Shown here piece after piece: positions 1-12,009 of a stretch of 64,000 nt of DNA (the stretch's first letter is position 1; every line of letters starts with the position of its first letter). Below the pieces are notes generated by a model. It was not told where the DNA came from, ran no database searches, and saw only the letters and a program-made list of their open reading frames with translations. The DNA is taken from NCBI GenBank assembly GCA_030167865.1, contig JALAGF010003586.1, forward strand, positions 1-64,000, in the 5' to 3' direction. The stretch is from Craspedostauros australis (taxonomy: Eukaryota). The position numbers and the translations under genes were made by a program.

Positions 1-1339
1 GCCACGCAGCGGATGTACCAGTCAAAGACGTCGGAGCAACGGTAGTTGTCCATCGAGTTGGCGCCCTGGATCATGAAGTCGATCATTCCGCATTCGGACT
101 CCTCGACGACATAGCAGGTGGTGTCAGCCTTGCCGCGACCCCGTCCGTTGCCGCGGTATGTTCCATGGTACGTGCTTCCATCGTAGCAGAACGGAAGAGG
201 TCCGGTGTGTCCCTCTGGAAGGTAGGTGATGCTGTCGCAGCCTGGTCCCTGCTCTTCGGTCGGTGCCAAACTGGTGGTCGGCTCGAAGCTCACGCTGGGC
301 GGGTTGGTGGGCTTGGGGCGTGTTGGAGCGCTAGTCGGGGCGCTGGTCGGTGCCGGGGTCGGGCCTGCATGTGGCGGAGGAACGCGTGGAGAAGGTGGCG
401 CGAAGTGTGCCACGTGGAATGTGGATCATCGGTGGATAATGTGGTAGAAAAAGAGGCAAATGAAGGAAAGAAGGAAGGAAGGAAGGGAGCGAATGAATAG
501 GTTAGTTACAGCCGGATCACGAAAGCACAGTGCGAGTATGCAAGACAAGCTTCACATTCGCGCGTGTTGGAAGATGAAGACGGCCGTGATAACTTACGGA
601 GCTGAGCATCGAGCTTGCGCTTGATATTGGCGCCATCCTCCATGTCAACAACATCGGCAGCGGCATTGACTCTCACGTCGAGGTGGGCATCGATGGCTTC
701 CTCGGTTTCGGCATGAGCATCCTCAATGTCATCCTCGATGCCATCCTCGGCGTCGGCGAGTTCCTCCTCCTCTTCGTCACCGTGCTCAGAGCATCCGCAC
801 TGGATCTCGTAAGTCACGCTGCACATCTCGGTGGGGACGAACTCGCCGAGATCGCACTCGTCCGGGAATTGGCCGTCCGAGTCCTCGGCCAGCTCATCGA
901 GCTTGTCTGCGTCGATCTTGTCGTCGGAGATGTAGATGGAGACCTTGGCGGTGTTGGTGGCGGGATTGCACATGAGGTCGAATGGGTGACCTTCATGATC
1001 GAGGTTGGCGCCGAAGGCAAGGGGTCCGAAGTTCTCGATGCAGATCGGCTCGCCGTTGGTGTAGATCGAGGGGATGACCACACCGGCGAAGGCGATGTCC
1101 TGTCCCTCGAAGAAGCTCTGCTTGAGGACGACGCGGACGGTCTCAAGGTCGGCTGGTTGCTCAGGGGCAAGAGTGAGGGCTTCCTCACCGGCGTTGAGGA
1201 GACCAGCCGCGTGGCAGGTTCCGCTTCTGGCCGGCTTGGCGCAGGTTGGCTTGGAGACCGGGACGGTCTCGTACTCAGGGGCAGCGCTGACGGCCGTGCC
1301 TCCGAGAGCCGCCAACAGCGATGCTGCGACGATGTTCAT
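1..1339 (-). CDS. Secreted Cys-containing protein with acidic segment and Pro/Thr/Ser (PTPAPTSAPT) linker; 3' end runs off the window
   Basis: Signal peptide MNIVAASLLAALGGTAVSA. Exon 1 1339-598, GT-AG intron 597-365 (phase 1), exon 2 364-<1 stays open and reads PTPAPTSAPTSAPTRPKPTNPPSVSFEPTT...GCDSITYLPEGHTGPLPFCYDG...CYVVEESECG...YRCSDVFDWYIRCV. Confidence 0.75.
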
Positions 1340-4300
1340 GGTTGGGGTGTTTGATTGTTTTGTTTTTTGTTTTTTTTTTCTGGTTTATGATCTATTTGTT
1401 GTCGTAGTTGTCGTTGTATGCGTTGTGGTTGCTTACTGGCTTGGTTGTGGTGTATACTAGAGTAGTATGGGCGCCAATGTTGGGTTCACGAAGGTGTCGG
1501 CCTTTATCTCGGTCTCAGTCTCGATCGCAACAATAGCAGGTTTGCTGTTGATGAGATGGAGCCTTTGGAAGAGAAAGGCGGGTGGCTTGTGCTTTGCTGT
1601 GCTGTGGTCTTGCTTTTGGTTTGTGAGGCCCAAGTTTTTATGAGCAGTTGGAGGATGCAGAAGCTTGCGAAGTCAACTGCGAGGTGTTTCCACTGCATCC
1701 ATCGTGCTTCTTGGTACTGCTTGCTACGGCCTTGGCACTATTGGACATGAACAGTACGAGAACAAAGCGTAGCGTTGCACCGAGCGCTCGGATGATCTTC
1801 CCGCACACTTCCTCCTAACTTCCGCCATCACCCAACCCCGTTTGTCTCATCAAAGCGAATAACACAACGCGGCGAAAAAGCCAATCCTGATTGCACCTCA
1901 CAAAGTCTTCTTCTTGACGCCCAGAGCCTTATTGCTTGTACTTTTCGGTCGTGTAAGTAGCGCAGGTCGGGCACTGTTCGTGTGTCGAGAGTATCGGGCG
2001 AGGAACAAAGCCAGGATCACAGAGTCATCACGGAGCCAAAACCAAAGCAAACAACAACAGTCATTCGAGAATGACCGAATTGAAAGCACAAAGCACTTCG
2101 TCATTAACAACGACTAAGGGCGTTTTTGTTCCCCGTTAATAAATGTAGCGTCCATTGTGCCTTCAGAGAATCGACCGGCAACACCGTGGCCATCAAATCA
2201 CGACCAAGGCGTTAACAAAAACCAACATATATGGCAATGCGAAGTACTGGTGACGGACATGACATTGGGTGCTTTTGGTTCCCTATTCGTGATCCAGATT
2301 CGGAGACGATGCCAAAAGCGTGGCAAACTCGCTTTTCAGTGCGGAGCCGCCTTGTGGGGGACTTCGCAGCTCACGAGATACGCGATCAATGCATCCATGT
2401 CGGGTGGATCCATCCGCTGCTTCGCCGTCAGGATGAGGTCTTCTTTTGCGCTTCGGCGGTGAGGACGAACCTTCACAACCCCACGAGCAGAGCCATTCAG
2501 AGCCACAAGTTTCGAACTGCTTCAAGGAATCCGCAAGATTATTCGTAGAGAACGTACGTACTGCACAATATATAATAGTGTGCATGTACCCAAGCGTATC
2601 AATACGAATAGAGCAGAGCAGATGGATCTCCCACGACCTCCAATCTCTTCCCTTCCCTCCTGCGAGAGAGAGAAAGAAAGTGACTGGCCGGCACTTTCGG
2701 CTATACCTGCGCCTCCCACGAGGCGGGCTTGAATGTTGGGCGGCAGGGTGCCTGGACTCGCAATGTTTACGACTCGCAACGCACTCGCCAACGGTGCTTA
2801 CTTCATCATTAATGCCTCATCGCAGGGATCCACAAGCGCAGATGAAGAGGCAGGCTCACCCTCGAAGCATCTGGTGGGGTTGGGGGCATCAGCAGGAGCC
2901 AGAGGATCGAGATGGACATTGATTGCCATGGCAACATCGGCACACATCTCCAACGAGCGAAAAACGCCAACGCAAGAAAGCGAAGTCATCGGATGGTGCG
3001 AAGAGAGCGAAAAGTGCAGAAGTTCTTCGGAAGTTGCTTGTCTCTGTCCAACAAAAAGACCGGAAAGACAGCGCTTGGCGGAGCACAACACGCGCAAGCA
3101 GATTGTTTCGGTTTCTCCAACATGATTGCAAAGCAAAGGCTCCTTCCCGGATCAGCGGTTGTTGGGCGGCGAACGGATGACTATGTCCGCTCGCAAACTT
3201 TCTGCTCCCTTTCCGCGATGTCCGCAAAGCGTTGGGAAACGGTGACGGGCGCCTATCCAAACAAGACAACGCCGCAGTCCGTATGTACGCCCAGAAAGAC
3301 AAAGTGTAAGTAGTCGTGGGAGCTTAATTTTCGCGAACGGTTAGTTTGCTCACTATTCGGATAAGCTCCAAATGTCATGATAGTCATCCAACAGAAAGCA
3401 AGAAGCAGCCAACATTTAACGAAGATTGCTCCATGGGATCGATGCATCACCACAGCTACAACAAACTGTGTGCAAGGAGGTAGTGAAGGTGGGGGTCATG
3501 GTGACCACGAAGGTTCGTTGTTGGTGCCTGGCGCACAAGTCGGAGCAGAGAGATCAACTTTCCCGCATGTCACGATCAGCTCGGTTTCGGACCTGGAGAA
3601 CATGGCAGTTCGCACTCTACTGGTATTGGTATCGCATTCTTTCCTTATCGGTAAACCAAGCACGTTGAACCAGGCTGGTCTGTGGTACTTGTACAACATT
3701 GAGCTCCACACAAGATGTCCGCACGTAGCACGAGTACGAGCACGAGTCCGAGTTCGAGTAGAGTGGATATGATCCACGATAGCAGTATTACCGGCAGGAA
3801 CCACCCTTGGTGCAATTCTCACCTCTCCGTGCCGCACCTGTACGAGCAATGGTCACCAGTTGGATGAAGAGAGTCGAGGACTCTATGCTCGTTGTGAATC
3901 TCCAGCAACGGAGATCTTCGCGTTCATGCTCCGCTCCCAGATTCAGACGTTCGCAACAGGATTGCCCAGGATGGCGCGCATACAAATGCAACACGCATGC
4001 ATTGGGAGGCATGACGTTCTTCGAGCCTCCGAGGGGCCTCATCGTCTCACCTCTTGTTTTGCAATTATGTGCCAGGGTCCGAGCGGGCTTAGAGATGGCC
4101 ACGTCAAGGTGGTTTGTCCCTTTGTTCCATGCGTGGTTGCGATGTGTGCGATGCGTGCGATGTTTGGCGGTACCTTCCCGATTGTTCAAGCAACGATTAG
4201 ATAGTCACCTATTCGTGTCAGAGGGACACTCTGGTGCAACGTGACAACATTGGCGGAACTTTGCGATGTCGACGGAATCTCTATGATCAGCCTGCCTCTC

Positions 4301-4899
4301 TCCCTCTGAGCAGGCAACACAGTCGAACTTGGATCCAGCGTGGAGGAACTCAACAGTCGTGTACGCTCGTCCAGCACTGTGGTCGTTGTATCGTTCCATT
4401 GTTTGTTTGCTTGCTTGCTTATTTGGGTTGTTTTGTGTCTTCCTTTGTGGCTCTATTCAAAGTTGCGTTGAAGAAGAGGTGAATTCGACACAAATGCAAC
4501 AAAAAATTAGTTTATGTTGTAAGACTCTTGATTTTCCGTTTTTGCCTGGTTGTGCACAAAATGCAGGTCAGATTCCAGATGGGATGGACAGACGTGATAC
4601 CTGATGTTTATATTGCGATCTAGTCTCATCATTCTTCCGAGACCCGCCACAAAATCAGAATTCTTGGTGCCAAGCCAACCAATCAATCACATCAATCACA
4701 TCAACTATCAAAAGAAGAAGGCTGGATCCAACAAGACCATCGCTGATCGCCGCCCACCAGCGCATCGCAACCCGACATCATCTGTTGCGTCTCATCCGCC
4801 GAGCTGCAGCGTGCCATCTCGGTGTTCATCAAGCCGTCGGATCATGCGATCGAATTTGGCCCTCGATTATCCACCGTGACCGATACCGTGTGCAACACC

Positions 4900-5897
4900 A
4901 TGTCATCGGACGGATCGGCCGTCCTGATCGATATCGAACGATCCGACTCCTCGAGCGGACGATGCAAACATGAGCAATCGTCCAAGGTGGTTGAAACTAT
5001 CGACGGCGTCGCCGTCCACACTTTGCCCGCGCTGGAGGAATGGAAACAATCGCCCGTCCTGCAGAATTCCGACTGCACCGTGCTGCTCATCAATCTGGCG
5101 CACATGTTGGGCCACGATCTGTACATGACGACGCTGTCGACGGCCTCATCGATGCGCAGTCGCCGCGCGTCGTGCTGATCAAATCCAAATCGCTGTCGAG
5201 CCTTGCACGGCGGATCCTATCGGCGCAGCAACTGACGCATCACGACGATGGTCCGTGGATTGTGCCGGCGGTGGGCGTGGCAGAGTACCGACGTACGACG
5301 CCGTTGTGGGTGCGGCCGGACGATGTCGTTCTGGAGGTTGGGTGTCATTTTGGACGCACCGCGCGCCTGTTGCACGAGGCGAGTCGGCTTGCCATCGGTG
5401 TGGCCATCGGTCCGAAGATCATTCGGAACGCGCAGAAGCAGCATCTCGAGATTCCGTTTCATGTCGGCGACGCATGGAAGACGTTGGATTTGCTCAAGTT
5501 GCGCATGCTGCATGACAAGACGAGCGATGGTGACATTCAGACAAATCTCGGATACGATGTCGTGTACGCAGACATCGGTGAGCTGAGCGGTGCCCGTGGA
5601 GTGCTGGAATCGCTGTCGTTGCTGGATGCGCTGTGCAATGCCCTGCGACCACGGAGCATCGACATCAAGAGCCTCCGCATGCGCCGGCTATCATCCCAGC
5701 TCAAGTCGTTCGATCATATTTGGGCCAAGCTGAACAGCAGCAGCAGCAAAACAGCAGCAACAATGACGACGATAGCAAAGACGCCGAAGTCTGACAAAGT
5801 AGAGCAGAATACAATGCAGCGCATGTTGGCATCCATTTCTCTCTATCTGTATTGTTTTCGTTTGTCGGTCCGTTGGTCTGTGTCTATAAGTATGTAG
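4900..5897 (+). pseudogene. Class I SAM-dependent methyltransferase-like gene interrupted by a frameshift near 5135-5140 (pseudogene or assembly error)
   Basis: Motif I-like VVLEVGCHFG in ORF 5040..5897. The upstream frame from ATG 4900 (...LLINLAHMLGHDLYMTTLS) joins the downstream frame (VDGLIDAQSPRVVLIKSKSL) only through a frame change, and no intron is evident. Confidence 0.55.
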
Positions 5898-5942
5898 GAT
5901 TCCAAAGCGCACAACCGGCATCGTTGTAATCCAATACTCCAT

Positions 5943-6530
5943 TCACCGCATAAATATCTTGACGGCCGTCGCCACGGCGACCGAAGCAGCCGCCGCGACA
6001 GCCACATTGCGCTTGAATGTTCGCTTCTCCTTGCGCGGTGGCGGGGCGCTGCCAAACCCCACCATCGGGCGGTTGACCTTGGGCGTTGCCTTGACGACAG
6101 CGGGCAATTGCGTCGGTTCCGGCTCTCCTTTGCATCGCGCCGTCAGCACGCGTCGATACAGCTCGGCCGGCGCCGAGTCGTACTTGCCCCGGATCTTGCC
6201 GGAGACCATCGCTGCGTTGGGCACGGGTTGCGTGTCGATATCGTAGCTGGCCAGGAAGGCCCGACATTGTTGATTGCCGCCCAATTTCATCTTTTGGATC
6301 TGCGCGTCCGTCCAGGAATCCATCGTCACGGAGCGCACGAAGGAGATGTGCGTGCCGAGGCCGCGGTGGCGTCCCGAGCAGTCGAGGCAGACGAAGATGC
6401 CGAGGCTGACGGAGGCCCATTCGGGGAACCTCTTGTCGCAGTCGATGCACCGGTCGTTGCCGGGCAGTTGCCGCAGCATGGCGAGGTCGTCCGGGTTCAT
6501 GCGGAAGTCGGTGGACGACGACGATGCCAT
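5943..6530 (-). CDS. ADP-ribosylation factor GTPase-activating protein (ArfGAP zinc finger) with hydrophobic C-terminal tail
   Basis: C-x2-C-x16-C-x2-C-x4-R signature CIDCDKRFPEWASVSLGIFVCLDCSGRHRGLGTHISFVRSVTMDSW, followed by MKLGGN and KYDS. Start codon uncertain (6530 chosen). Confidence 0.92.
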   Translation of the reverse strand: MASSSSTDFRMNPDDLAMLRQLPGNDRCIDCDKRFPEWASVSLGIFVCLDCSGRHRGLGTHISFVRSVTMDSWTDAQIQKMKLGGNQQCRAFLASYDIDTQPVPNAAMVSGKIRGKYDSAPAELYRRVLTARCKGEPEPTQLPAVVKATPKVNRPMVGFGSAPPPRKEKRTFKRNVAVAAAASVAVATAVKIFMR

Positions 6531-7297
6531 GGTGTCGATTGGTCGGGTCTTTCTCGTTCCCACCGCCTGCGTCGCGGATGATGTTGATGCTGTCATTGCG
6601 GAGGTGGCTATTGCGCTATCGTCAGTGGGCGTTCGTGGACGAGGAGGCAAGTGAGGAGAGGCTGATCTGCTTCTTTCTTGCTGTGGATATGCGATGGAGC
6701 GCAATGGCATGGAGCGCTCGCACTATGCTCTGGCGAAGGAAGGGGGAGTTGGTGAAGTGGGATGCTGCCCAATGCTCCTCTGTTTTGTGTGATGTTGGGC
6801 GCAATGCAGGAAAGGTAACGGCCAAATGCTGGAAGAAGAGAACTGACAGAAACAACCACGATACATCATGTCTTGGACGAAATGTCGCGTTGTCGAAACT
6901 GCGTTTGGTCCAGTCGTGTTGGTCTTTTCGACATGTCGCTTCGTGAATGGAAGCGACTCGAACGACTCATTCCAATCCAAAGATCTCTCCTCGCAAAGTT
7001 TTGCGTCATCAAAAGCACGATTCGCGATGTCACAGAAAATCGGCATCATCTGTCGATTTCTTCATTCACCTCATGTTGTGTGGTGGTGGCGTCGACATCA
7101 TTGGCGACGAGTACGTTGATGGCGTCAGCCAACAAAGACAGTGACAACCATTCCTTTCACTCTCTCGTGATCGATCATTCCTTCCATTCCTTCCTCTTTC
7201 CCCAAGAGAAAGCAACCCAATCCTGAAGGTTACCACTCTTCACACATCTTCACAAATATTACATAATATTGTATTGTATAATAGAAAGTACGCCAAC

Positions 7298-9028
7298 ATG
7301 AAGACCTGGATCTCAGCAGCGGCCGCGACGGCGTTGCTTTGCGGCACGGCATCGGCATTCGCACCAACGCGCGTGGGATCGGCCAAGCTCGGACAATCGA
7401 GCATCCTTTCGGCTGTCACCATCCGTGCTCCTAGCAGCAGCAGCAGCATCACAGATGAGTCCAACAACATCAGCAACAGCATCAACAACAAACAGCGCAC
7501 CACCTTGGACGTGCGCATCCACGGCGTCTGGTACGACCTCACCAAATGGCGCAAGGCCCATCCTGCCGGTGACATGTGGATCGACTGGTACGACGGCCGC
7601 GATGCCACCGAGGTCATGGACGCCTTCCACTCCACGCAAGGACGACAGATGTACCAACGATTGCCCCGATCCGATGCCGATACGTCGCAACAACTTCAAC
7701 AATCCATACCCACCGACACGTCGACGCAGCTGGCGTTCCGCAAATTGCGTGACCAGCTCGAGCAGGATGGATGGTGGCAGCGCGATATGGTGCACGAAGG
7801 CACGCAGCTGGCAGTGTGGGCGTCCTTCGTTGTGGGGGCGGTCGTGACGGTGTCGTCGGCGCCTGTGGTTGCATCCTTTCTGCTCGGCATCTCCATGACG
7901 GCGGCGGGATGGTTGGGACATGATTACGTGCATGGCGTTGACAAATTTGCCAACAAGATGAGGAATTTCGCGGCCTTGGCGGCGGGGTTGGGACCCACGT
8001 GGTGGTCCGATAAGCACAACAAGCATCATGCGTTGAGTGAGTTGGAAGTGTGCTGTGTTATACTGCGATGTACTGATATGGAGTATCGTGTGGTGTGGTG
8101 TCACGTCGCGGAGATATCATTGTATTCATTGCGCCGCATGCAAATCATGCCTACAATTCGTCATGTTCAAAACGAACGAACCAACGAACCCTTTCTCAAC
8201 CCTGCACTCCACCATCTCATCATTCTTCTCTGCTCTACTCTGCTCTACCCAACTCTACTTCTCCGTGTCTCATCTCCTGCCATGCGCGCAGCCAACGAAC
8301 AAGGAGTCGACGAGGACATCGCAACAGACCCGTTCCTGTTTGCCTACGTCCCAGATCCGAGTCAGGATTCGCCGCTCCGCAAGATCCAGCATTGGATCTT
8401 CTTCCTCCCATTCTCATTCCTCTTCGCCTTGTGGAGATTCGATTCCATCACGGTCACAATCGATTCCGTCTCCAAAAATCGCAGAGGCGCCAAGGCCGAG
8501 CTCTACGGTCTCATGATGCACTACGCCATCCTCCTCACCCTCTTCCCCGCCGCCGTCTGGATCCCCGCCGTCTTCATGAGCGGCCTCATGTCCGCCATCA
8601 TCGTCACGCCCACGCATCAATCCGAGGAGATGTTTGCACAATACCAACCCGACTGGGTCACGGCGCAGTTCGAATCCACGCGCAATGCCGTCTGCACAAA
8701 CCCCTTCTCCGAATGGCTGTGGGGTGGCATGCAGTACCAGCTCGAGCATCATCTCTTCCCCTCCATGCCAAGGAATCGCTATCCCAAACTCAAGGTCATG
8801 TTGCAGAAGTTTGCGCGCGATCACAACATTCCGGGCGGATACCGTGAGAGCGGCGAATTCGAAATTCTCAAGATGAATTGGCTGTTGTACAAACGCGTGG
8901 CGGAAGCGGATGCGTTGCCCGGTGCCCCGTTGACAAGAGGGGCGCCGGGTCAGCAGGGTGCCATCGTGACGAGCAGCAGTCCGGCAGCGACTGGCGTCGT
9001 TTCTGTGTCGTCATCGTCATCATCGTAG
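7298..9028 (+). CDS. Plastid-targeted front-end (cytochrome b5-fused) fatty acid desaturase, probably delta-6-type
   Basis: Signal peptide plus ASAFAP motif; cytochrome b5 HPAG motif; His boxes HDYVH, HNKHH, QLEHH. Exons 7298-8036 and 8292-9028; removing the GT-AG intron 8037-8291 restores HHALTNEQGVDEDI. Confidence 0.92.
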   Translation: MKTWISAAAATALLCGTASAFAPTRVGSAKLGQSSILSAVTIRAPSSSSSITDESNNISNSINNKQRTTLDVRIHGVWYDLTKWRKAHPAGDMWIDWYDGRDATEVMDAFHSTQGRQMYQRLPRSDADTSQQLQQSIPTDTSTQLAFRKLRDQLEQDGWWQRDMVHEGTQLAVWASFVVGAVVTVSSAPVVASFLLGISMTAAGWLGHDYVHGVDKFANKMRNFAALAAGLGPTWWSDKHNKHHALSELEVCCVILRCTDMEYRVVWCHVAEISLYSLRRMQIMPTIRHVQNERTNEPFLNPALHHLIILLCSTLLYPTLLLRVSSPAMRAANEQGVDEDIATDPFLFAYVPDPSQDSPLRKIQHWIFFLPFSFLFALWRFDSITVTIDSVSKNRRGAKAELYGLMMHYAILLTLFPAAVWIPAVFMSGLMSAIIVTPTHQSEEMFAQYQPDWVTAQFESTRNAVCTNPFSEWLWGGMQYQLEHHLFPSMPRNRYPKLKVMLQKFARDHNIPGGYRESGEFEILKMNWLLYKRVAEADALPGAPLTRGAPGQQGAIVTSSSPAATGVVSVSSSSSS

Positions 9029-9305
9029 CGAACATTCTTGACAACTCTACCCCGCTCATTGACACAGCATCGTTCTACGCAATGCGCACATGTGCTTGGG
9101 TTCTCCAGAAGTGCGAGCGAAACGATTGAGTTTGATGTCATTTGTGCCCGCATTATCATTGTTGCTCTCTCCAGAGTGCGTAGTATGCTCTGCACTAGAT
9201 ACGAGTGCTCTCTCGTGTCGTCCATTCCGCTTAGCACCTCTCTACATGTTAGACGGCTCATGTACCATACCATACTACAGACTAGTGCACACTGTGCACC
9301 ACGCA

Positions 9306-12009
9306 TCAAGGACCCACCGACACCGCCTCGCTCTTCTTCGAGCCTGCCGAAGCATTGCTGATATTTCCCAACGATGCGCCAAAGGACTTGAACTCGGCCA
9401 GCTGTTCTGCAAGCGATGCCACCATGTCATTGTCGCTGGTCGTGCTTTCAGATGGTGTCTCCTTCTGCTTCGATGCGCTGTCGAACAAGGACAATCGGCT
9501 GCCGGCAGCACAACGCTGCGCGAAGGACGCCACGGCAGACGACGATGCCAACGCCGATGAACCCGCCGTTGAGTTTTGGAATGGCGACACAGAATCGTCG
9601 ACTGCGAATGGCATGTCGTCTTCGGTGTCGTGCAGAGCGTCGTAGTGATCTTCAAACGGGTGCAAAGAGGACCCGACCTGCGAGCTCAGGATGCTGTTGA
9701 GGTTGGAGTGATCGTGGGCGCTCAGCGATGACACGAAGGATCCGCCAGGCGCCTGCTGGAACGGACTGGAATGCAGCAAGTCCAACGAAGTCATTGGTGG
9801 AGCTGCACGTGTTCCTGGACCAGAGTTGGCTGAATTTCGATGTCCGAGACATGCGGCGAGATCGCCAACTTCGGATGCTGTCCCTGTGCTGCCTGTGGTG
9901 GAAGTCCCCACCGCCGATGACGTTCCTGTCACGGCATTAGGCCCAGCTGGATCAACAACAAACCCCAACGGTCTGACGAATGGCGGCGCAACATTGCCCG
10001 ACGCGCGCGGTGGAATCAATGAATTCAACTTGACTGTCGGTGGAGTGGCACTGCCGAGGAAGCCGCCAGTTGCAGGAGGCGTGGCTCCAAGAACTCCCGT
10101 GGGTGGCGTACCGACCTGGAAGCTCGCTGGGCTCCCCGCCCTCTCAAAGTTGCCATCAGCATGCAGGAATTGCCGCTGGTGATTTGAGTTCTGATACCCC
10201 GCCGCCGCAGTCGTTGACGTGTTGCCTGGAGGTGACTTGGCAATCTGGACGGGTATTCGTGCATTGTAGCCGTAGCCGTACTCTCCCGCCCCAACAAGGC
10301 TTGTTTGTTGATGTTGATGATGTTGTTGTTGTAAACTATTTGGACCGGTTGTCGGCGATGCTGAATCCATTGTCACGGATGGAAGCAGCTGAGGAGGAGC
10401 GTGGTGTAATGCTGCACGTCGTTTCTCCGCTTGTTCTGCGGATGGCTTCTTGCGCATGACGCCACCCACGTGCTCGCCATCGTTGCTATCCTCAAGGTTT
10501 TCGTCGCTCATCATCATCGCCAACGAGAGTCCGCTGAGTGTCTTTTGCGGGGCGGGCCCAACATCGTTGTCATCCTTGGACCGTATCTTTGTCGCGCCCA
10601 ATTCCTCGGACAAGTTGTTGGTTATCCCCTCGATTTGGTCATTTGCCATGCTGTTGGAGCGATTCGTTGTTGGCATGACTCTGGGCGCATCGTCGGCATT
10701 GGCAGCCGAATGTGACCGGCGGTACGTGTATCTCCCATGTTGCGGCGCCGAATGCGCCACCCTCGGCGAACCATCCGGTCTGAACTGGGCGCTGTATTGT
10801 TGGTTCTGTTGCTGCTGCAACTGCTGCCGCTGGCTCTGCTGTTGCGATGTGGGAATGGCGATTCTCATCGTGCGAGTTTGCGGTACGGGGCCATCCTGGG
10901 TTCTGTACGGACTCTTGGCTGGAAGAAGTCTGTTGACGGTATCCTTGTTGGCGTAAAACACCTTCCATCCGAGCTCACCGTACGGTGTCATGACGCTGGC
11001 CGGTTGTCTTTGAGAGAGGAAGCCTTGGTTGGTCACCAACAAGTTCACATCCTCGTTGCCCTCGCTGACGACGTAGATCGAGAATCCGATGGTGCCGCCT
11101 CTCAAGCGTTGCGATGGCAGCATCCTGCAAAGGCAGTACAACGAGCGCAACCAGATGACGATCTTCTTGCAGACGAATCGCAGCTGCACGATCGGGTCCG
11201 AACTGAGCGTGTCGAGTTGTTGCTGAAAGTGCGAAGGCACGTACTCCAAGCACCACCGCTCCAGCAGCTCTCGTCGTTGGTCAGAGTGCTGGTAGTACAC
11301 GTCCAAGCGCAGCGGCACATGCAGTGATGGCTTCCACCGTTGCAGAATCGATCTATCGTGCGGAAACGGAGAAAATGGAATGGAATGAATAGAGTATAAT
11401 AGAATGGGATCGCATGTATTTTATGCAACGCGTTTGCAATGAGGAGTTGGACCAATTGAAGGTTTTCGCAGGCAGTGGGAGATTCTTTGTGAGCCGGGGT
11501 TTTGCAATTTCTCAAGGGATCATTGCATCTGCTTGGTGGTATGGAGAAATCCAATGCGTTGCAAGAGAAAGACCACTCCATGTGAATGATTGCATCTATT
11601 GTGCTCCCCTCCAACCCCTGTTGATTCCAAATGTCTCCCTCATTCATCGAATATTGAGCCAATCGTGGGACTGCAATCATACAGAGAAACACGAAGAACA
11701 GTAGTAGCTCAAGCCACATCAACTCGACTCAGGTGATGACATGCCATGCCATGCCATGCCACAACATGACATGCCCGTCGCGAATGAAAGAACTCACCGA
11801 ACACGCTGTATTTCCGGGACGAGCAGGTTGAAACGGCTGCTGCCGCTGGCCGCTGGACTCGCCGGCCCTCCCCCATTGTCAATCCAGCACCGGCTGCCAA
11901 CGATGACTTCCGCGGCTTTCGCCATCGCCTCAAAGATCACCTGATCGCATTTGGCCCTTGGCCCATTTTCGGAAGGCATCGATCCACTAGTTCCTCTCCA
12001 TGACGCCAT
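9306..12009 (-). CDS. ATG13: Autophagy-related protein 13 (N-terminal HORMA domain plus long disordered C-terminus)
   Basis: Exon 1 12009-11798 (KCDQVIFEAMAKAAEVIVGSR...RFNL), intron 11797-11353, exon 2 11352-9306 with LDVYY, LLERWCLEY and KKIVIWLRSLYCLCRMLP, typical of the ATG13 HORMA domain; DDMPFA motif near the C-terminus. Confidence 0.85.

Noticed and set aside
1500-4800. Many short overlapping ORFs in a 3.3-kb gap; possible decayed gene or transposon
   Set aside because: I found no recognisable domain, terminal repeat or consistent splice model.
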